64,000 nt of DNA. It comes from Macrostomum lignano (taxonomy: Eukaryota). The notes below the pieces were generated by a model. It ran no database searches and had not been told where the DNA came from. It worked only from the letters and a program-made list of their open reading frames with translations. The translations under genes were made by a program, and so were the position numbers. Numbering within the stretch: the first letter of the stretch is position 1; every line of letters begins with the position of its first letter. Location of the stretch: NCBI GenBank assembly GCA_002269645.1, contig NIVC01003588.1:25408-89407 (forward strand), read 5' to 3'. Shown here piece after piece: positions 56,635 to 64,000 of the stretch.

Positions 56635-57354
56635 TGATTCGATGGCGTCTTTGAAAACAAAAATCGATGTTTATGCTTCCATTAAAATTAAAGTATTATG
56701 AGTAGTAGGACTAGGAGTAGTAGGATTAGGAGCAGTATCAAAACATGTAAAATTGCAAAAACACAGACAAAAATAACAAAAAGGACAGAATACAGACTTT
56801 ATATAAAATAATATAATGAAATAGGTTACTCAAATGTATGTTGGTGTATGAGTGTGAATTCGACTTCGACAGGGAAACAAAATGCAGCTTCTTTGAAAAT
56901 TGATTTTTTAATTTATATGTGCACGATAACTTACGTAATTTTCAAATCCGTCGGGTTATATGGTCAACTATATCTATCAGACTGGAGAGCTTGTCTTTAA
57001 TGCATTATCTTTTAGTGCATTCAAATTATATAGTTTGATGATAAATATACAATAATTTTTCATAGAAATGGATAGATTCGAGCAAACACGCATCGTGAAT
57101 ATTATCCGACGAAGTTAAAACGCAATAATAATAATAGACATCTCAAAGCTGTACGTACATGTGCCTGTGAAAACCGTGAGAAGGGAAATTCGAACCAATG
57201 TTAATTATATACATGATTGATTTTTTGCTGAAAATGCTGTTGCGAGTTACTGGCGCCCTACTAGACAAACTAGACAAACAGTCTTTGCAGTCTTAATTTA
57301 TTTGCGGTAAAGTTGCGCGTCTCAGAAAAAGTAGAATTAAGAAGGTGAGCGCTA

Positions 57355-57411
57355 TCATTTTTTATGCGACATGTTTCGCCTCGCGTCAGGCATCGTCAGG
57401 CTCTTAAAATC
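57355..57411 (-). ncRNA. Minimal type-I hammerhead ribozyme, sense to the Penelope ORF; predicted cleavage after GUC, between 57368 and 57367
   Basis: The minus strand reads attttaagagc-CTGACGA-t-GCCT-gacgcg-AGGC-GAAAC-AT-GTC-gcataaaaaat. It has the core CUGANGA/GAAA/GUC, a 4-bp stem II and a palindromic ACATGT stem III. Confidence 0.8.
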
Positions 57412-57545
57412 AGTAACGATTTATTTGTTCATTTATATTTAACAATTAAGACTAAGAACGGGTCGATAAAAGTCAGAAATGTATGTAAATTAACAGTAGA
57501 TTGTACAGTCCGACGGAGCGCTCACAGAGTTGCAATGAGGGGAGA

Positions 57546-57612
<67 letters not shown>

Positions 57613-58265
57613 GAGTGAGATGAGCACAAGTGTACACCTAGAATACTCTAAGGAGGGCACTGGCACCGTGATTGGCAAGTTGCTTATTTAGGATTGGTCT
57701 ACGCGATTTTATATACAGGGCTTCAAGCACTTTTAGTCTGTACTCATTTGAGCACGTATGGATGGTGGAAAAGTTTTTATCTATTTGGCTGTCACAGCAT
57801 TCTTTGCATATCATCAGGTGGTCGTGCACGGCCGACATCTTTTGCCTATGTTCTCTACTTCTCACGTACAGGTGTCGGGTAGTTTCACCTATGTAGGTGA
57901 TACTCTGGTCGCCAGAGCATTGAAATTGGTAAACGACACCTGCCCGTAAGGAGCTGGGAACGCGGCATTTCAAATTCTTAACAAAACGACCGATTTTCTC
58001 GCAACGGAAAGTGACCATGAGCTTCACATTTAAATACTTATTAAACGCTCTGATGAGGTTCTTTTTAAAATGAACAGAAGAAGCAGGCCCATAGAAAGGA
58101 ATGGAGATATGGGTGCAATCAATCCTCAGATCTTTCTGTTCTTTCTTATTCTGTCTATTGTTAGGATTCGCGAGTTTACCATCAATGAATTTCCTAATGT
58201 GGTAATCGAGGAACCGTTTCGGGTAGTTGTTTTTTTCATATAAATCAACAAATAAATCGTTACTA

Positions 58266-58319
58266 ATTTTAAGAGCCTGACGATGCCTGACGCGAGGCGA
58301 AACATGTCGCATAAAAAAT
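58266..58319 (+). ncRNA. Second, inverted copy of the same hammerhead; predicted cleavage after 58308
   Basis: CTGACGA at 58277-58283, GCCT/AGGC stem, GAAA at 58299-58302, CATGTC at 58303-58308. The core is identical to the minus-strand copy. Confidence 0.8.
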
Positions 58320-58343
58320 GATAGCGATCACCTTCTTAATTCT

Positions 58344-58472
58344 AATTTATTTGCAGTCTTAATTTATTTGCAGTCTTAATTTATTTGCAGTCTTAATTTA
58401 TTTGCAGTCTTAATTTATTTGCAGTCTTAATTTATTTGCAGTCTTAATTTATTTGCAGTCTTAATTTATTTG
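58344..58472. repeat. Perfect 17-bp tandem array (gcagtcttaatttattt), about 7.6 units, at the Penelope 5' junction
   Basis: gcagtctt at 58353, 58370, 58387, 58404, 58421, 58438 and 58455. The same sequence occurs once at 57284-57305. Confidence 0.97.
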
Positions 58473-58554
58473 TACCACGGTGCAGATAAATGCTGCTACC
58501 TCCTCGTGGTCAGAGCGGAGAGCCGCACTTAACTGCTGCGGCGGCCAAATGCGG

Positions 58555-60660
58555 CAGGACCTGCTTTGCCAGCGCCTTTAACACCGCGCTGGGCGAGAAT
58601 CGTGGAAGTGCCGAGTATGCGGAAGTGTGCGCTGCAGTCAGAACCGCCTCGGAGCAAGCAGTCCCGATGATGCAACCGGCTCAACGTGGGCAGCCGGTCT
58701 GGCAGGACGACCCTGCGATTCAGGCAGCGAGGGAAGATCTGGAGAGGCTCCGCTTGAGCAGGCGACCAACCCGCGAGGCAGAGGCAGCTCTGGCGGCTGT
58801 CTACCTGCAGCGCCAACAAGCGGCTGTCGATGACGCCATTCAGGCTGTCTCTGCCGCTGGGCCCGATGCCAGAGGGCACGTGGCCTGGTCCGCCATCAAC
58901 TCTCTGACGGGGCGAAAGCGGCGCAATCCGCTGAACCTGGCTGGTGACACTCCGGACGAGTGCAGGAACGAGCCGCGCGAGTTCTTCGCCGCCATCGTTA
59001 ACGCGCCGCCACCCCCGCTGTCAGACAGTCTGACGCTGCCGCCGGAGACGCCGTTGCCGGCAGAGAAGAGTTTCAGCGTAGCCCCAGTCAACGCAGCCGA
59101 CGTTGTCAAGCTCGCCCAGCAGTCACCGGGCGGGAAAGCGCTGGGTCCGGACGAGGTGCCCATCGAGGCGCTGCGCATCCCCTGTGTGGCCGCTGAGGTC
59201 GCCAGAGTGATGAACCGCGTGCTCTTCGGTGAGGCGGCGCCCAACGAATGGACCACGGCGCACATCGTCGCTGTTCCAAAGAAGCCGGGCACCACTATGC
59301 TTGAAGACCATCGAGGCATCTGCCTTCAGTTCTGTGCAGCGAAGCTGTTCAACCGGATGCTGCTTTCGCGGTTGCAGCCTGTGCTGGATCCGTACCTGCG
59401 CCCAGAGCAGAACGGGTTCCGGCCCCATCGCGGCACAGTGGCGCAGATCCTGGCTCTTCGCCGAGTCATCGAGGAGGCGCAGATTCGCCAGTCGCTCCTG
59501 ATTCTAATCTTTATAGATTTCAAGAAGGCTTTCGACTCGGTTGTCAGAGCCGTGCTTCCAATGGTGCTCCGCGCGTACAACGTGCCTGAGCAGCTGATCT
59601 CCGCCATCATGGCGATGTACCGTGATACGAAAGCTGCTGTGACAACACCGGACGGCCTATCGGACTCCTTTGAGACATCCTCCGGAGTACTTCAGGGAGA
59701 TACGCTGGCGCCGTTCCTGTTCGTCCTGGTGCTTGACTGGGTGCTGCGGACTGCTCTTCCTACCGACGACGACGGCTTTCTGCTGCGGCGACGCATAGGT
59801 TGACGTCAACCGGAGAAGCGGCTCAGCGTGCTTGGCTACGCCGACGACCTCGCCCTGCTGTCCTCGACCATCGAGGGCGCCCAACGGCAGCTGGACAGGC
59901 TAGTTGTCGTTGCGGCGAGCGTCGGCCTGGTGGTCAACACGCAGAAGACCGTTGTGCTCTGCGTGCCGGACGACACCGAGGCTGCAATATTCTGCCGAGG
60001 CGCTGACGGGCAGTCGACCGAACTCCCGCGATGTCAGCAGTTCGTCTACCTCGGCGGTCTGGTTCCAGACGCTCGCGAGGACCTGCGACGCCGCCGCGGG
60101 CTTGCCTGGGCTCCTTTTTGTTCTGTGAGGGCAGTCCTGCAGTCCGAGGCCCTACCGGACCGCCAGAGGGCGGCGCTGTTCCAGGCGGTAATCGAGACCG
60201 TCCTGCTGTACAACGCCGAGACCTGGACGCTGACGGACTCACTCGAACAGCAAGTCGATGCGGCGCACGCTGGCCTGCTGCGCGCCGCCTTCAACATCGG
60301 CGTCGAGCGGGTCACCAACGCGGCACTCTATCGCCGCGCTGGCCTGCCACGTCCAAGTGATCTACTGCGCCGTCGGGGACTCCAGCTAGCAGGCCATCTC
60401 ATCCGCGCCGAGTCGTACTGCCCACAGCCGGTGCAGGAGGTGCTGCTGCTCACGCTGCAGGCACCCTACCGGCGAGGTCAAGCGCGAACTCGGCGTTATG
60501 TCCACTGTCTGCTGGCTGACGCCGGCGCCCCAGACACTGCCGGTGGCGCGGCCTTTGTTCGCGCCCAAGCCATGAAGCGCGCCCTGTGACGCTGACTTTT
60601 GCCATCTTGACAGCGTATTTTGTTTTTTTTGTTGTTGTTGTTGTAGACAAACAACAACAA
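58555..60660 (+). mobile_element. 5'-truncated RTE-like LINE: RT ORF (in frame 58490-60589) broken by one TGA at 59801-59803, with a (TTG)n-type tail
   Basis: GKALGPDEV, HRGICL, EQNGFR, DFKKAFDSV, GVLQGDTLAPFLF, YADDL, FVYLG, LLYNAETWTL. Both ORF halves are in the same frame. No endonuclease domain. The 5' boundary is approximate. Confidence 0.93.
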
Positions 60661-61349
60661 AGCGACAAATAACACGTACGTACAATTCGCGTAAGCTATT
60701 GCTCTCATTACAACAGCGTCAATCTATCGATGGATTCTAAATTCTCTGCATAATTCTTCCATTTTTTATACAACCCCGAGGCAGACTCCTGAAAGAAATT
60801 TACAGCTGTATGGGCAAGGACTTCTAGACTAAGTCTAGCTAAGTCTAGAAGTCCTTGTGTATGGGTTGCACATTCACTATATTCCATTAAGGACATGCAT
60901 GTACATGTACGACTTAAGTATTTTAAGCGTAGCTACCATAAGGACGACTTAATTACCATATTATCGTATATTATCAATTTAAGTATAGTCATTCATATTT
61001 GCATGTGCTTAAGTCGCCCTCGATTAATCCATGTCACATTTACAGGTTATATATGATTAGGCTAGTTGGGTTAAAAATCCGTAATGTGTGTAATTGCTGT
61101 TGAATAGTTATCCCAATACAGGTAATTAAAAAATTCAAAAGTAAATTAAGACTAGAATGATAACGCAAACCATTTAACGCAGACTAAAGCTACATTTTTA
61201 AATACATGAAAGTCAAATTTCAAACCTAAAATTTTTCTAGTGGGATAAAGATAAAGTCGTAAGAATAAATGAACGCTGTATTTTTATTTTCATGCAAGCA
61301 AGATCCAACTCAATATTGTTTAAGATATACTCGTCATCAATTAGATGAA

Positions 61350-61606
61350 TCAATTTTTCTGCGTGCGACTAGCGGTCGATGACCGGTCATGCAAGCCGAA
61401 CTGCTTCAACTCGTCCAGATCACGATCCAGTTTGCGCTCCATTTCTTCAACCTGCAGTTGCAGCCGACGGAACTCCTCGGATCCGGCGAGGCTGTTGGCG
61501 CCGCGTCCGTCGTCAAGAGCAGCCGTTGCGGATGCATTCGTCTGTCGCGTGCGCCCAGTCTCGGTACTGACGACATTCGACGATCCAGACGTCATTCCGC
61601 AATGCT
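61350..61606 (-). CDS. Probable terminal exon of an unidentified coiled-coil protein (..SEEFRRLQLQVEEMERKLDRDLDELKQFGLHDRSSTASRTQKN*)
   Basis: GC-rich island in AT-rich DNA with a heptad-like peptide, candidate acceptor ccaaaag| at 61607 and stop at 61350. Confidence 0.5.
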
Positions 61607-62142
61607 CTTTTGGCAGTAAGTCCCACAGTGCTTTTGCTAATATATACTCGTAACCATGTGATGTTGAAATATAGGCAGCGATAGTTGTATTTATATATCA
61701 ACAAGGGATGAGTTTGCTCAGCATTTAGCATCGCTGCTATAGTCAGGGCTGAATCATAATGGTTGAGTAAATACGCTTAGTTTAACTGCACTGCAGGTGC
61801 GCACATCATTTGAATTGACATTTCGTGCTTAAAGCTGCATATGAACAATGAGACTTTAATGTTCTATCTAAATAATCAAATATAGTTATAGAACTAGCTT
61901 CAGCTGAAGCATGAGGCTTAGCAGAATAAATCATTTCTTAGCTTGCGCTTCACTATACTGTACTACGAGTACCTCTGAACAAATTTATGGATTTTAAGCT
62001 TTTAACGAGATGCGCCAAAACCAAAACCATGTACCTGCAGGGGCGTTTGACAAGGCGTTGGCCAAAATTATAGACTGCAGCCCCCCCCCCTAATGGGCTG
62101 GCAATATGCATGGTTACCTGGCCTTGCAGTAGCTGGCGCGCT

Positions 62143-62432
62143 TGGTGCTGGCGCCCCTGGTGCTGGCGCCCCTGGTGCTGGCGCCCCTGGTGCTGGGGCC
62201 CCTGGTGCTGGCGCCCCTGGTGCTGGGGCCCTGGTGCTGGCGCCCCTGGTGCTAAAGCCCTGGTGCTGGCGCCCCTGGTGCTGGGGCCCCTGGTGCTGGC
62301 GCCACTGGTGCTAAAGCCCCTGGTGCTAAAGCCCCTGGTGCTGGGGCCCCTGGTGCTGGCGCCCCTGGTGCTAAAGCCCCTGGTGCTAAAGCCCCTGGTG
62401 CTAAAGCCCCTGGTGCTAAAGCCCCTGGTGCT
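62143..62432. repeat. 15-bp minisatellite (ggtgctggcgcccct / ggtgctaaagcccct), the reverse complement of the array at 52.0-52.3 kb
   Basis: tgctaaagcccctgg is the reverse complement of ccaggggctttagca. Confidence 0.93.
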
Positions 62433-63079
62433 GTTAAATGTACGCTATAGTAATGGAGCCTTGTGGATACTGATGAGGACGCACTTTTTTCCAAATTTCC
62501 CGCTTGCACATGGGTTCCAAACTTGCTAGCTTACTAACAGCAGGCTGTGGGCGTTTTTCTCCTTCTTTTGTAATTTTTCTCGAATTCATACTAGTAGGAC
62601 TTCTGTAGCTATATTAATCTGCCATACTTGTAGTAATAATAACATAGGCGCGGTTTTTGGCTGCTTTTGGGTCATAAATCATTTCGTCTGAGCTGGTCTG
62701 ACAGCCACCTGCGCCTCACTCAGTGTTGAGACTGGCGCCAGATGGTCTGAGAGGATGCGGGCGGTAGCTTTTTTCTCATCATTTTGACAGGCCATCAAGA
62801 TTTATGAGGTCAGGGCCTATTGTTCGGGTTCACTCAAGCGTGTGACAGCTTTGACAGCTATGCGTTTTACCCCTAAAAGTACGTTGGGATTAGCGATTAG
62901 CGATTTCTCTTCATTACCTTCACTTTCTACTTAAATAAGAGCTTTCTAATGTATATTTTTTCATTAATTTCTGTCAATCCTACGCGAAAGGTCATAAATC
63001 ATTTTGTTGCGATTTTGATTGATTTATGGCCGAACATGTCATATTTTTACGACCCCGAGGGAACTGATAGGATGTCCCG

Positions 63080-63299
63080 GTCACGTGACTTTGGGTGGCA
63101 ACAAGCTCAGCCAATCAGAAAATTAGACGCTCATTTTAACAAATCGGCTCAGCCAATCAGAATCGACGTGTTCCATTATAACAAACTGCGGTTACAGCTG
63201 CGAAGAACTAAGCCGATTCGGTCACTGTGGATTACCTGGTCTCCGGCTGTTGAGTTTCTGATTGGTTGGGTGAGAGGCTACTTAGACTTGCTTGATTGG
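63080..63299. promoter_or_regulatory. Cluster of one palindromic E-box and four CCAAT boxes
   Basis: gtcacgtgac at 63080-63089; ctcagccaatcagaa at 63106 and 63148; inverted ctgattgg near 63258; gattgg at 63294. Confidence 0.45.
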
Positions 63300-64000
63300 G
63301 TGATCCCTTATCTGTCCCCTGTTTCAGTAGCTGGATTAGGCGCACACTTTTGCTCATTTTGTTCAGTAGTGCTGTTACTGAGGCAGAAATCATTCAATAA
63401 TACTGCTAGTAGTCTGAAGCTCTAATTTAATCTGAGGTGTGAAGTGATTCAAGGAGAAGGTTAAATCTGACAGTTATTTTTATCGGTTTTATTTCTTTGT
63501 TCGCGATGGCTCAGATGAGTGGCTAAGCTAGTAGGCGCCGGTCATAGTGGACCAATGGCAAGGCAGTTCTCAATCTATCAGGTCAGTGAGCAAAATTGCC
63601 AATAGTGCAATATAGGCGCTAGAGATGTACTCTGTGCACTCTGGATTCGCCAAGCGGCTCGGGTAATGAATCATGCGGTCTCTGATGTTCGAGTTAGCCT
63701 ATCATCAGCGCTACGAGAGGCTAGTTGGCGCGTTGAAGGCCAAAAGTACAATTTCTCGTATTTAGCAATGTAATAGTACATGTAACTACCCCATAGTCTC
63801 GCCACTGCAAGAATCCCTGCACAATTCCCCTCTGTACCTGCATGGCCAATGCGATCTAGTCCAGCAGTGTCCCTTAACATCAGCTATGACTTCGAGATTG
63901 ACAGCAAAAGACACTGCACTAGTTGGCAGGTAAGTGCTAAGCCCCTTCTAGTCGGAAGCCCGATTTCGAAAATTCCGGTTTGGTGAGCCAGGACGCATGG

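Larger units (their letters stand above)
57306..58344 (-). mobile_element. 5'-truncated Penelope-like retroelement: RT-thumb remnant plus GIY-YIG endonuclease (58237-57638), a 3' region with (TC)n and a hammerhead, and an inverted copy of the terminal repeat at the 5' end
   Basis: NNYPKRF..IPFYG..GVVYQFQC..YIGETTRHL..R..EH..SAVHDH..F..LEALYI...PILNKQ is the Penelope GIY-YIG signature. 57332-57438 and 58238-58344 are an inverted repeat of about 107 bp with 3 mismatches by my reading. Confidence 0.93.

Noticed and set aside
61345-61617. Plus-strand exon ending at the gtaagt at 61616
   Set aside because: The plus-strand peptides look random, while the minus frame gives a coherent coiled coil with a stop. 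The strand is still not proven.
63671-63880. 69-aa minus-strand ORF with a hydrophobic/aromatic core as an upstream exon of the 61.4-kb gene
   Set aside because: I found no convincing splice sites or family match.

Overview
Eukaryotic (metazoan) genomic DNA. It is probably from a free-living flatworm such as Macrostomum lignano, an inference from GC-rich poly-Q/poly-A-rich exons, GT-AG introns and an extreme minisatellite load; this is not verified. By my rough sum about 45% of the window is tandem repeat, in about 30 separate arrays with units of 2-53 bp, many inside introns. Host genes I can reconstruct by hand: a compact 3-exon APC-like armadillo gene (+), an intronless 4-EF-hand calmodulin-like gene (-), a 4-exon secreted DUF3105/TP53I13-like gene (+), a CD225/dispanin (PRRT-like) gene (+), a single-PDZ NHERF/EBP50-like gene (-), and terminal exons of two unidentified minus-strand genes. 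Mobile DNA: a 5'-truncated Penelope-like element (GIY-YIG), a 5'-truncated RTE-like LINE with one nonsense codon, a decayed RT/RNase H LINE fragment, a tRNA-derived SINE, a TIR-bounded MITE-like element, and a duplicated block offset by 7966 bp. The most striking locus is 57.3-58.5 kb. There the Penelope element carries two inverted copies of a minimal hammerhead ribozyme, and at its 5' junction a 17-bp sequence matching the opposite flank is repeated about 7.6 times. That looks like a target-site duplication reiterated into a new minisatellite, possibly by telomerase-like slippage of the RT. No prokaryotic features or CRISPR arrays were found.
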